Positions 12,739-25,430 of a DNA stretch of 64,000 nt are shown here, piece by piece; within the stretch, counting starts at the first letter, position 1, and each line of letters begins with the position of its first letter. Position numbers and translations under genes: made by a program. The notes under the pieces are model-generated. The model searched no databases and was not told the origin of the DNA. It saw only the letters and a program-made list of their open reading frames with translations. This DNA is from Octopus sinensis (taxonomy: Eukaryota): positions 8,990,001 through 9,054,000 of the forward strand of contig NC_043005.1 in NCBI RefSeq assembly GCF_006345805.1, given 5' to 3'.

Positions 12739-12744
<6 letters not shown>
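12547..12744. mobile_element. Penelope-like terminal fragment with fold-back inverted duplication
   Basis: Homologous to 35574-35710; 12614-12744 is a palindrome with 64-bp arms and a 3-nt loop. Confidence 0.75.
12674..12730 (+). ncRNA. Type I hammerhead ribozyme (mirror copy on minus strand ~12628-12684)
   Basis: Stem I AGGAGCTTC/GAAGCTCCT, core CTGAAGA (12683), short stem II TTC/GAA, GAAA (12702), stem III ACAG/CTGT, cleavage triplet GTA ending 12721. Confidence 0.75.
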
Positions 12745-12805
<61 letters not shown>

Positions 12806-13077
12806 ATGTATGTACATACCTACATATATATGTATATATATGCATATATGGGTACCGGACATGAAAATAACATTGAACACAATGTGAAATGAAAACATTT
12901 TTTCCGAACAACGAAATAAACAGGGAACCTTGATATGTGACATAAAGAATATTCCACTTCACCAGTTGTCCCTGTTTTGTCTACTCCGCGTTTCGTAGGT
13001 GCGTGCTTGTGTGTGTTTGTATATGCGCTTGAATGTGAGTTCGTAACAATATACATTGAATCAAACATGTGTCGTGG

Positions 13078-13409
13078 CACTCTGTTGGTTATGACAACAA
13101 GGATTCCTGTTGATCCGATTAACGAAAGAGTGTGCTCGTGAAATTAACGCAAAGACATGTGTACCTAATGGTGACACAGAGCGTGGCAACGCTGGCCTTT
13201 TGAAATACAGGTACAACAGAAACAGGATGAAAAATAGAGAGAAAATTGTGGTGAAAGAATACAGGAAAGTTCGCCATTACCTTCTGCCGGAGCCGCGTGG
13301 AACTTCGGCGTTTCGCTGATAAACACACTCATCGCCCGGTCTGAAATTCGAGTCCCCGCGATCCCTGGACCACGAATCCGCTGCTCTAACCAGTATGCCA
13401 TGTGCCTCC
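13078..13409 (-). mobile_element. SINE family C (tRNA-like head), older copy
   Basis: Homologous to 62445-62816; minus-strand head GGAGGCACATGGC..TGGTTAGAGCAGCGGATTCGTGG. Confidence 0.8.
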
Positions 13410-13440
13410 ACATGAGTAGTATATATATATTATATATATA

Positions 13441-13491
<51 letters not shown>

Positions 13492-13582
13492 AATAAATAT
13501 GTGTATGTATATATATATATGTGTATATATATATATGTATATATATATGTATATGTATATATATATGTATGTATATAATATA

Positions 13583-13995
13583 TACTCTTTTACTCTTTTA
13601 CTAGTTTCAGTCATTTGACTGCGGCCATGCTGGAGCACAGCCTTTAGTCGAGCGAATCGACACCGGGACTTATTCTTTGTAAGCCCAGTACTTATTCTAT
13701 CGGTCTCCTTTGCCGAACCGCTAAGTGACGGGGACGTAAACACACCAGCATCAGTTGTCAAGCAATGCTAGAGGGGCAAACACAGACACACAAACATATA
13801 CATACACATACATACATATATATACATATATACGACAGGCTTCTTTCAGTTTCCGTCTACCAAATCCACTCACAAGGCATTGGTCGGCCCGAGGCTATAG
13901 CAGAAGACACTTTCCCAAGATGCCACGCAGTGGGACTGAACCCAGAACCATGTGGTTAGTAGGCAAGCTACTTACCACACAGCCACTCCTGCGCC
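13583..13995 (-). mobile_element. SINE family A, full-length
   Basis: Minus strand GGCGCAGGAGTGGCTGTGTGGTAAG through to the GTAAAAGAG tail. Confidence 0.92.
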
Positions 13996-14545
13996 TATAT
14001 ATATATATATATATATATATTACTAAAGTTATTTAATGCTCCTGTAAATGGGCATTTGTGTGTGTATGTGGTGGTGTGTGTACGTGCGCTTTACTATATT
14101 TTTTATTGTATTATGTTTTTATTGTATTGTATTATTACGTGAGTGTGTGTTTCAGCATGTTCTACGCACATATCAATGGTGAGTAGGCGATTCTCTTCCT
14201 ATCTCGCATATGTTCCCTCACTATGTATTTAATGCTTTTCCCAATCAATGAGGAATTATTCACAGATATCAGTTCAATAATCGGTCAACCGAGATCTCTC
14301 TTGAAAAAAAGAAATATATATAAAGTAAATGGAGGATTATGTAAAATATAAAAGCAAAATTTAATGGAAATGTATTGGTTTATTGCTAGACTTTCTTTGC
14401 TCTTTTACATATACATATTGCATATCGTATACATGCGTATATATATATATTTATACATACAATCACACTTATAGGTATATTTGTCAAAGTGGGTGTATGT
14501 GTGTAAGCGCGCGCGCACACACACACAAACACGCATATATATACA

Positions 14546-14583
<38 letters not shown>

Positions 14584-14774
14584 CGAATGGTATTAAAATG
14601 CCGAAACGTGATTTTTCAGTCTTGAGCAGAGAAAAGAAATGAATCATTGGATAACTTTTATGTGTCTAAGTAAAATAATAGTAATACTGGCGAATACGAT
14701 GTTGATGATGATGATGATGATGACGACGACGACGATGATGATGATTATGATACAAATGATGATAATAATCATTT

Positions 14775-14968
14775 CTACGAAAGACACAAGGCCTGGGGGA
14801 GAGAGTAGTCGTCTACATCGACCTCAGTACAAAACTAATACTTTTTTTTATCGACCTCCAAAGGTTTAAAAGTAAAGCCGATCTCGGTGAAATTTGTACT
14901 CATAGCACAAAGACGGACGAAATGCCGGTAAGCATTTTGTCCGGCGTGCTAACGATTCTGCCAGCAAT
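14775..14968 (-). mobile_element. SINE family B, degenerate
   Basis: CTACATCGACCTCAGTAC..GCGTGCTAACGATTCTGCCAGC. Confidence 0.7.
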
Positions 14969-15342
14969 TGCATACCAATTGGTCTGATATGAAGAAATGA
15001 GATTTAAAAATCGGGGGGAAAAATGCTTGTAAAAATCACTCAAATACAATGACGTGAAATGTAAAGTAAATGTATGGAAGATGGATACACGAAAGTATAT
15101 CATTACTGAACCGTTAAGGGTACAGAAAATAACGAAAGATCTGTCTGGGCTATATTCTGGAGATGAAGTTAAGAGGATATATCCCATTCAAGTGACTGAT
15201 ATTCTCATGAAAATACCAACTATAATTGCAAGAAAGTTTTTTTCTCAAGATCAGGCTCGCCTTAAAGAAATGGAAGGGCTTCTGTAGATTAGAACAAATA
15301 CAGCAAAAATAATAATAGTAATAATAATGGTGGTGGTGGTGG

Positions 15343-15373
<31 letters not shown>

Positions 15374-15622
15374 AAGAATGTCCAAATACGACCTGTTATA
15401 CATACATACACACATACGTACGCACACAGATACGCTCAAATATATGTACATATATTAACAATGACTATAAACGCCAGGCGCTATGTGGTGCCATAAAGAA
15501 ATATTCAATCGTCACTAAAAGTGATTAAAGGTGCTGAAGCAGCCACATTGCTAGAAATAAAAGTTAAATATCCTTAATGATGTAAGAATAGCCGAAACAT
15601 ATATATATATATATATAGATAT

Positions 15623-15666
<44 letters not shown>

Positions 15667-15866
15667 AATATATATATAATAAATATATATATATATATAC
15701 CATAAGGGCACAGAAAGTGTGCCTAAAGCCAGCTGGAGATGATGATCTCCTGGGGTGAAAAGCTACAGTAACACCCACACTTAGTGGTTAGCCATATTGA
15801 GATGGCTAGTATACTTTACGTTGTCGAGCAGTGACTGTTTACATATCGTTCAGAGATTTATTATTG

Positions 15867-15902
<36 letters not shown>

Positions 15903-16180
15903 GAGGCGCATGGTCAATGTGTTGCACTCACGATTTAGAGATCGTGGGTCCGATTCTGAGACCGAACGTTGCGTTGTGTTCTTGAGCAAAGCACTTCACA
16001 TTACCCTGCGATCATTTCTTCACCTGACATATGGCACCCATTGCACAAGTACAGGCAATATCGGTCTGTTGGAGGGAGTGAGCTTACGTCTACCCAAACA
16101 TTTGATCACTATAAACAAATCCTCTGTGTGGTTGTTCAGTAATAAATTGTCGAACTCTCATACGTTGTCTAACGACGTGT
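15903..16180 (+). mobile_element. SINE family E (tRNA head + GTTGTGTTCTTGAGCAAAGCACTT)
   Basis: GAGGCGCATGG head, B-box-like GTCCGATTCTGAGACC, central motif shared with 26518-26758. Confidence 0.6.
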
Positions 16181-16196
16181 GAGTCCATGGTAGCGT

Positions 16197-17078
16197 GCGA
16201 GGGGAATTGAAAAATTATCCGCACTTTCGCTATAATATAACCTTATTAATGACACATCGCCTTCACTGCATGCACGTTATTGTGGTTACGTAATCGAAGT
16301 TTGAGCCTGATCGCGCCATTTTTCTTTCTGATTTATAGTGTAAGCATGGCTGCCCCACTAGTAATGTGCATCAAAGAAGAACAAAGAGCTGTGACCCGAT
16401 TTCTTTGGTCGGAAGGTGTATCACAGGAGATGAAACATGGGTCCATCATATGAGGCAAAATCCAAAAGAGAGCACAGTATAGAAACATCTTGGCTCGCCG
16501 GCGACAAAGAAGTTCAAGGTTCAATCTTCAGCGAGAAAGGTGATGCTAACCATTTTTTTTTTGTCTCTCAAAAGGGCCTATACTGGAAGACTACCTGCAA
16601 AATTGGTGTACGATCAACAGTGCATGATACAGTGTTTTGCTGGCCAACAGACTGAAGCCAGCAATTCGCAACTAACGCCGCAGCTTATTGCCGAAGTAAT
16701 TTTGTTGGTACATGAAAATGTATGCTAACACACGACCGCCCAAACCCTTGAAGCTATTAACCGGTTGAGTTTTTAGGTGCTGGAACAGATCTCGCCCCTT
16801 CTGACTATCATATCTTTGGACTGCTCAAAGATCGTTTACGAGGTTGTTGATTTCCTACAGATGAGGATGTGAAGGAAGCGCTGCATAAATGGTTGCACGA
16901 TCAACCGAAAATCTTCTTCTTAGAAGGAATACGTAAGCTTGTTTAACCCTAATCCTAACCCTAAGTGCATCGAAAAGGAAGGAGACTATATAGAAAAATG
17001 ACTTACTTGTTTATCTCCTGCTTTTATGTAAACACATTGTAAAACCAAGAGTGCCTATAATTTTTTACGCTCCCTTGT
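16197..17078 (+). mobile_element. Decayed mariner transposon with internal deletion
   Basis: Degenerate TIRs GAGGGGAATTGAAAAATTATCCGCACT and GAGTGCCTATAATTTTTTACGCTCCCTTG around a transposase remnant. Confidence 0.8.
16346..17001 (+). pseudogene. Mariner transposase pseudogene
   Basis: MAAPLVMCIKEEQRAVTRFLWSEGV / TGDETWVHH / ARKVMLTIF / DLAPSDYHIFGLLKD / EGIRKLV..KCIEKEGDYIEK*. Confidence 0.92.
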
Positions 17079-17082
17079 CTGT

Positions 17083-17650
17083 ATACATACATACATTCAT
17101 GGTCGCTGCTCCCTCGTTATCGAGTATGGCCATTGCACGAAGCTTAATCAATGTTGTTATCGTGCAATGCCTGTACAAGAAGATTTTTTTAAAGTGAGGC
17201 AAGGCTGTGCACTGAGTCAATCCCACTCACTAAGCAACAGCATCCATAATCCGAAAAGAAATGCCAGTCAACATCATCGGTAACCACTGAGCCGCAGATT
17301 TATGTCGGAGTTATCCCAGTTATCTGAGTTACCTTCCCCTAGAAGGATGCCCTAACAAAGGCTAGGAGTCCTTCACTCCCAATGGTTTAACCGCGCGATC
17401 GGGTATTCAGTCCGATTATTTCTATGTCCCCGCGCATGATACAGCCTTAAGACATTTATTGGATGGCCGTTGACTCTCAAGAGTTCCTCCGCCCTTCGAC
17501 GGGTTTTGTTTTCCATCCCGCAGGGTGTCCAGTAAACACCCTCCTCACCAAGCAAGCTTGGTGGAGTTGCCGGTTTAGTCGCCGACGACCCGACCATGCA
17601 ACAGGTTGTACTGGTTACATGTTACCAGTAGCACTCGAAAGTGACCTGAC
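17083..17650 (-). mobile_element. Probable non-autonomous RTE-derived element (5' UTR + 3' end)
   Basis: GC-rich island; minus strand ends GGCCATACTCGATAACGAGGGAGCAGCGACC + (GTAT)n tail; no ORF; RTE call from recalled resemblance. Confidence 0.45.
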
Positions 17651-18464
17651 ATAATACATACATACTTACATACACACACACATATCACATATATATATAT
17701 TTATATATGCATTTTCTTTACTAGTCTCAGTTCGAGATCTGCGGCCATGCTAGGGCACCATATACATACATAGAACATACAGACATACATTCATGCATAC
17801 AAACACAAAACATATATAAATACACACACACATATGTATGTGTGTGTATATACTAAAACCTCATGGGGTTTTTTGAGCAAAAAATACTTATAACTTATAA
17901 CCCAGAAGCAAACTGCTACTACTACTACTGCTGCTACTAGGCAGAATTAAACTAATGTAGATTATATAGTGATGAAGTAGAGGCTGTAGCCTTTATGGTA
18001 ATTAGCTATACAAATGGACTTCAAACATTTGATGTTCGTGTACAAGAAAGTAATGGAGAAACAGGAAATACGTGCAAAGTAGTCTTCAAAATATAAAGAC
18101 TCCCAGAACGTGATGGAAACCATGTAGCGCTTCAACCAGTTGCTCTATTCTGGCAGAATACAACAAGCAGATTTCAATCACTCTTCCTCTCACAAGAACC
18201 AGTGTTGCAACTTTTCCCATATACCTTTCATCATGTCTTTAAAAGGGAATAATATCAGCTTCCGTCACCGGCTGATTTACTTGGCATTTGAAGTTGATGT
18301 GGACTTATCCTGAGAAATGGGGATCTCTCCTGAACTCTTTCAAACACGTCCACAAAGCCACGACCTTATGAGTGCTGTCTACATAGGTTTCAGCCGTAGG
18401 AAAATTGTTTCCTTTTCACCACAAACGGATTATGCTGGGACAATAATCACGATAGAATCCACCT

Positions 18465-18622
18465 GAGTGGCTGTGTGGTAAGTAGCTTGTCTACCAACCA
18501 CATGATTCCGGGTTCAGTCCCACTGCGTGGCACCCTGGGCAAGTGTCTTCCACCATAGCCTCGGGCCGACCAAAATCTTGTGAGTGGATTTGGTAGACGG
18601 AAACTGAAAGAAGCCCGTCGTA

Positions 18623-18662
<40 letters not shown>

Positions 18663-18870
18663 TGTGTGTGTTTGTGTGTCTGTGTTTGTCCCCTAGCATT
18701 GCTTGACAACCGATGCTGGTGTGTTACTAAGCGGTTCGGCAAAAGAGACCGATAGAATAAGTACTTGGCTTACAAAAGAATAAGTCCCGGGGTCGAGTTG
18801 TCGATTAAAAGGCGGTGCTCCAGCATGGCCACAGTCAAATGACTGAAACAAGTAAAAGAGTAAAAGAGTA
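18465..18870 (+). mobile_element. SINE family A
   Basis: GAGTGGCTGTGTGGTAAGTAGC through to GTAAAAGAGTAAAAGAG. Confidence 0.92.
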
Positions 18871-20338
18871 TAACCTAATTTATCCTGCATGCAAAAACAG
18901 CCATTGGTCTTATCTTTATAAGTCAGTAATGTTCAAGCTCGGAATGAGGGCAAGAGTAACCAGTCAGTCGCACTCGGACAATACTGAGAGGCAACTGACG
19001 ACCGACCACTGCGTATCTGTATTGCTCAAACTGAACGTATTAGTGTCGTTTATAAAACCGTATTTCTAATGATCAGATATAGCGGCTATGGCTTCTCCAT
19101 TATGTTCTTACCTCAATGTATACTTTGTACTTAATTATCTTTTAAGGTTCTAGAACATGATTTGAGGGTAATTTGATTTGCAGGGATCATGTAGACTCTA
19201 CCTTTGTATCATATCTCGTTGGAAGGATGTTGTTGTTTTTGGTTGGATGCTGATGGTTATCCACTGGTCAAACGAGAACGAATGGATCCTTAGGTTAATA
19301 TGTTAATGATGTAGTGACGGCAAACACCCAGTCCGTTTTCAGTCTATTTAGGACTATGTTATACGCTATATCGTTTCCTTTTTGAAAACTGTAGTATGGG
19401 TTTTGAGAAAAATGTAACTGCTCTTTTCAGCAGTTTGAGGTACTGCTAAATATATTTACAATCTTAACTGTTGTATTGATTCATTTTTGTAGTGGACATT
19501 GATAATTGCTTTACTTTGTAAATTAAATTCAGTTTTGTACATCATAACAAAGATGTATTCCTCCTAGGGGTATTTAATTAATTTTAAAAGCATTTAGTTC
19601 CATTTTAGTAGATTTATTACATTCATTTATATTTAGTGAAATTCTGTTCGCTTGTAGTTAAATTCGTTCGTCTTAAAACAATTTACTGTATTTTAGTTAA
19701 TGATTAGTGAATCAAGTTCCGTTATTATTAAATTTAGTTAATTTTAGTTGATTTCTTAGCTGCTTTCGATAGACGTTGGTAATTCTGTGAAATAATTTTA
19801 GTATACTTAAAAACACTGAAACGAAATGGAAGGAAACTTACAGACAGCAACTCTTCACATCAATCCTTTCAAGTTTTTGTATCTCCTGGCTCTATTTTCT
19901 TTAATCTTGTGTTTATTTGTAATCTATCCTCCTCCTTATCTACTTCATTATCTCTTTTGCAATTTTTAATACTTTTTCCCCGCCTCGTTCTTTTGTTCTC
20001 TTCTTTAGCCCGATACAGTTCTGTCTCCATATTTTGATGCGCTTAATCTACCAATTTCTTTATTAGTTATCGTCCTTATTTTCCTTTAGGGCCTTTTTGT
20101 ACTCACTTTCACATTTCCTAATTTTCTACTTCGAAACAGGGATAAAAATAAAAGCAGGCTTTCTCATATAAATTTCAATCACTCTTGATTCCCCCACTCC
20201 CTCCTCAATTTTCTCAGGTTTCATTTCCTTATATCTTCTATTTCTTCCTCGGAATATTTTTCGTTCGACGCCGAGCAATAAACGATATTGGTTTCCTTAT
20301 TCGTTTATCCGTTTTGTTTCTCCTCCTCCATTTACTGC

Positions 20339-20339
<1 letters not shown>

Positions 20340-20369
<30 letters not shown>

Positions 20370-20401
20370 CTTCCTCTTCCTTCTCCTCCTTTTTCTTCTT
20401 C

Positions 20402-20432
<31 letters not shown>

Positions 20433-20629
20433 CCTCTTCCTTCTCCTCCTCCTCCTTCCCTTCTTCTTCTCCTCTTCTTCTTCTTCTTCTTCTTCTCCTC
20501 CTCCTTTTTCTACTCCTTCTTCTTCTTCTTCTCCACTTCTTCTTCTTCTTCTCCTCCTCTTCTTCTTCTTCTTCTTCTCCTCCTCCTCCTCCTCCTTCCC
20601 TCCTCTTCCTTCTTCTTCTTCTTCTTCTT
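20340..20629. repeat. (CTT)/(CTC)n polypyrimidine tract
   Basis: ~290 bp of near-pure pyrimidine on the plus strand; source of the poly-L/S/E/R ORFs. Confidence 0.95.
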
Positions 20630-20804
20630 GTAATTCAAACACGGGCCCTTTAAATTATAGATATAAGTCATACGACGGCCTTTCACACAGCTTCAGTGCA
20701 CTATATAATCGCTAATTTCATAAGCGATCTTTTATTTTGAATCTCTGTTTGAAATGCCTTGCAGCATGATCGAACATTCAACGTTATGATTGTGAAGCGG
20801 TCAT

Positions 20805-21240
20805 AGGATCTTTACGGTTTGAACGGCAGTTTTTCTTTCTGGCGGTGTCATAAGAAATTGTCACCCATAATTATGACCCTAGTATCGATCTATTGCATTT
20901 CAATCTGTTTTAGGGTTAGTTAGGTTTAGGGTTAGGGGTGGGGGGAAGGGTATCTTTTTTTCTTCACAAATGTAAATAAACCCAATCTGTTTCTTAAACG
21001 AGGGGCATATTCATACGACACAGAATGTTTTTTTTTACCTCAATGGACGTATTTGATTGGTTAAAATTGCAAAAAGTGAAGAAAATAAACGACAAATATC
21101 TTACAAACTATGGAATTTTCTCAAGAAAACCAAGAGAAAAAGATGCTTTGTAAACACATTCTACCAGTATACAAAGTTTAAAAGTGTTTAGTTACGTGGA
21201 AATTATTTTTAAAAACTGCCGTTCAAACCGAAAACATCCC
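20805..21240 (+). mobile_element. MITE with ~29-bp TIRs and 6-bp TSD
   Basis: TIRs AGGATCTTTACGGTTTGAACGGCAGTTTTT and AAAAACTGCCGTTCAAACCGAAAACATCCC; TSD GGTCAT (20799-20804, 21241-21246). Confidence 0.9.
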
Positions 21241-21379
21241 GGTCATCTTAGATTTATGAAGCTTATTAGATTTGATATTCAGTAGGTTATCAAGGAAAAA
21301 TAGTTTGCGTTTTGAATGTTTGTCATGAACTGCCTCCAGTCAGGAACTATATACACGCATAAAATAATATTTTCAAATA

Positions 21380-21829
<450 letters not shown>

Positions 21830-24102
21830 TTATTTCATAAATTTGTCATATAGACATTACAAAGAGCTTTGCGGGCTGGACAAATACATTAATGAATGAA
21901 AATGAAATATAATGAATAAATGAGAGACGAAACCCAACACCCGCCGATTGGTTTTTTCTCGAAAACATTTTTTTGTTTTAATCAATATAAGTTTTCGAAC
22001 CTTTTACAAGGAGGAGGCACTAAACCCTCTTACTCAACATATTTTCTTTTTTCTTTCTTAAAACACAAAATTGAGGTTATAAACCACTACAAAACAGTCC
22101 AATAAGGTGAGGTTTCAAACTCTGTAACGAGGGTCTTTCACCTCCTACTCTTCGATATATCCATCGATATATTCATCATCTTCAATGCCGCTTGAGTTCC
22201 TGTATCCCGCCATTTCCCATGCCTCATTCATGTAAGACATGTAAGTCGTGTAAGGGCCACCCGGCCATATGCGACACTCCTCCCCAAATCATTTAAGCCT
22301 TTCCCACAAGGGAAACCTTATGACCTCCACAGCTATCTGCGGAGGCCATTCGGTATCCCGTGTGAAGGGCATATCTACTGTTTCTTTAAGTTCTTCTACT
22401 ATTTTTTCCACCTCCCCGCCCTTGTAGAAAAAGATAATTAATTGATCATCTTTAAGGGTGGGGTGGTTTCTTCCACCGTGGGTGGCACAACATCGAGACA
22501 TGCAGTCGGCACATCATCTCCCTGCTGAGATGACCCGTTCATTTTCTTTCTTTATTGTCCTTTCTTCCTGGCTTCGGGAGAGTGGGGCCCTTCCGCTTTG
22601 TCCGGAGACTCTCCCTCGCCTCCCGAAGCCTTAGGTTCCTTCGGCGGGCAACTATTGTTGCCCGCCTTCTTCCTTTTTAATCCTTTTTGAGTTTAGGACG
22701 CTGAAGCCTCCTCGACCACATCCATCTCTCCCTTTGACCGGGTAGGGGAGGTGGCATCTGGTGACTGTTCCAGGACCTTACCATGGTCCTGGGGGCAGTT
22801 CCTTTTAATGTGGCCTGGCTGCAGGCACGAGTGACACTTTGGGGGACGTCCCTCAAGTATCACCGGATACTTGCAGCCAGCCATTTTCAAGAAATCTGGA
22901 AAAACCAGTTCTGTTGCGGCCGATGGGGTCCACAGGGTCAAAATCGCTTTTGACCCTTCCCAATCGACCGCGGCAATACTCTTACATCTAAGAGCCTGGG
23001 CCCGCCATCTCCCAGTCCCCGTCGGATGGTATCTTCAATCCAATCCGCTTCGGTGCCAGGGGGGAGCCCACATATCCAGGCTAGTATTAATTTTCTTCCA
23101 CAATATGACGAGAGAAACAGGATTTCCTTGCCTTCTAAAGGCTGACTCGCAAACTGGCGAGCCTTTTCCCCGTTGTCAAACAGCAACCATACGGTTGCAT
23201 GTTTGACACCACGGGGTATATATTTTTACAGAGGACAAATGTTCTTTAAGTTAATTTTTTATGACTTGTTTTGGGAAGACGGTGATGGAATCAAGAACTT
23301 TAGAATATGTTCTAAGTACCATCGTCTTCTCTTCCATATCTTTTAACCATTGCTTAGGCGGGTTAATTTCCCACTCTAAGACAGATTTTTCCTTTTTAAG
23401 TTCCTTCTCTGCCATGTCAAAAAACAGTTCAAAAGTAGTCCAAAAGACAGTCTGCCAAAAAATTAAACCAAATAAAAATAAAACAATATAAAGGGGAGGG
23501 GAGAGGAAACTGAAATTAAAGTAATGAAAAGAATGAACCAAAAATTTTTAGAAAGAAAGAAATAATAGAAGAAGGGAAAAGTAAAAGAAAAATCTCACAA
23601 ATAGCACAGACAGGGAATCCTTTGTATAATACTCCAAAAAGGTAATCCAAATGGCTTCTTCTTCTTCTTTTTTTTTGGCGAGATACGCCCACTAGAATTC
23701 ACAAGAAGAATTTTCAAAAAAATTCTCAATTCACCGTTACGGCCAAAATTTAACACAACCGTAAGACAGTTAAAAATCATTCTAAATTTCTTCTAGGCAC
23801 TCCTTAACAGGAACAAAACTATTTTCAAACAAAAGTTTGGCAGGGTACGCCTACCAAACCAATAATTTTCACAATTAAGTGAATACTATTTTCACTGAGC
23901 CTCCGGCATACTAGATCCTAGTGAGGACTTGTTGCTTGTAAAAATAATTTGCAACATACAACAGGTCCCCACTAGACCCCCAAAAATTTTTACCTTACGG
24001 CTGAGTATTCAAAAGTCTTCAATCTAAGACGGCTTTCAAAAACACGTTTTTCATCTTCGGTGTCAAATACAACACTGACTTGCACATGCGCAGAAGCAAC
24101 CC
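21830..24102 (-). mobile_element. ORF1-only (HAL1-like) non-LTR retroelement, 2273 bp, 14-bp TSD
   Basis: TSD GTAAGCAAGCTACT at 21816-21829 and 24103-24116; minus-strand 3' end GAAATAAA; a single ORF1-like frame and no RT. Confidence 0.8.
22147..23415 (-). pseudogene. L1/Tx1-type ORF1 (RRM-like region + CCHC zinc knuckle), disrupted
   Basis: MAEKELKKEK..; LSSYCGRKL..GLPPGTEADWI; VILEGRPPK-CHSCLQPGHIKRNC (C-x2-C-x4-H-x4-C); at least 2 frameshifts and internal stops; ends IDGYIEE*. Confidence 0.8.
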
Positions 24103-24454
24103 GTAAGCAAGCTACTCACCACACAGCCACTCCTGCATTTTAAATACTATATACAGGTTGGCAATCTTCGACCAGAAATGATATGCACTAAGTCATTGTT
24201 GTGACTTGAGTGTGAAGAAATGTATTGACTCATGAAACTGTAAATTAAATATCAAGACGGTAAATCATTTTAGTCGTTAGTGCTCGATACCTGAATGCAG
24301 GTGACATTACCGATCTTCAATCACTCCGCAATGCAATAATTGTTATTAAATAAAAAAAATGTTTATCTTCGAATTGTCCACAGAATTCTAGCATTTTATC
24401 TCAGCCAAGCAGTAATGATATCATGCTATCTCTAGTAATGCTATCATGATCATC

Positions 24455-24642
24455 CTTTCTACTATAGGCACACTTATTCAACTACATCGACCTCAGTACT
24501 TGACTGAACTTTATTTTATCCTTCACGAAGGGGTGAAAGGCAAGGTCAACTTCAGTGGTATTTGAACTCCGAACATAAAGAACCTGAACAAATTTCACTG
24601 AGCATTCTGCCCAACACTGTAACGATTTAGTCAGCTGACCAC
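24455..24642 (-). mobile_element. SINE family B, degenerate
   Basis: CTACATCGACCTCAGTACTTGACTG..GAAAGGCAAGGTCAAC..ATTTGAACTC. Confidence 0.65.
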
Positions 24643-25091
24643 CTTATAATGTTGTAGTTATAAAGAAAATGAAAATATTAGACTGTTATACTTATCGTAT
24701 AGTTTCTAAAAAAAACCCTCACAACTCACACCATATTAAATCTATCCGGAGGATTCATAATCACTCAAATATTTTGCCGGGCGGAAAATTTCTAACTTTG
24801 CTTTAAGGTTTTTGTATGACTATTATAATTGTTTTATCACCGACACAGTTATGGTTTTACTCAACTTCTCACAGAAACCGTTTGTTACTCAATTTGTAAT
24901 TGTCTCAGTAATTTATTTGTGACAAAGATGCCACAAGGAAAATGTTCCACACAGAAACTGTGTTACGATGAATAACGATACACATCTTCCGTTATTCATT
25001 TGCTATGTATATCATAAAAATTCATATAAACACATTACACTATTGCCAACTCATTGTTAGGATGAACAATTCTAATCTATATATTCCAGCT

Positions 25092-25430
25092 GCCACAGCT
25101 GTGTAGTTAAGGAGATCACTTTCCAGCTACGTCGTTTTATGTTCATTTCGACTGAAGCGAAGCGTGGGCAAGTATCGTCTATTGTAGCCCCGAGTTGACT
25201 AATAGCTTGTATATGAATTTGGCTGATGGAAACTGAGTGGAAGCTTGCTGGTTATATAAATACATACTCACATTTATGTCTATAGCTATATAGATACGAG
25301 CGTATATCTTTGTGTCTGTGTTGGTCCAGTCTCACCGCTTCACGACCAGTGTGGGTTTTTAACGTACACGTTATGTTGTGGTTCATAAAAAGAAAACGAT
25401 ACAACAAGTGCCAAACTTAAAGACAAAACG
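25092..25430 (+). mobile_element. SINE family A-like, highly degenerate
   Basis: GCTGTGTAGTTAAG, GGGCAAGTATCGTCTA, TGGAAACTGAGTGGAAGC, TGTGTCTGTGTTGGTCC in the expected order. Confidence 0.5.

Noticed and set aside
20185-20715. Poly-Leu/Ser/Glu/Arg ORFs
   Set aside because: Translations of a (CTT/CTC)n tract
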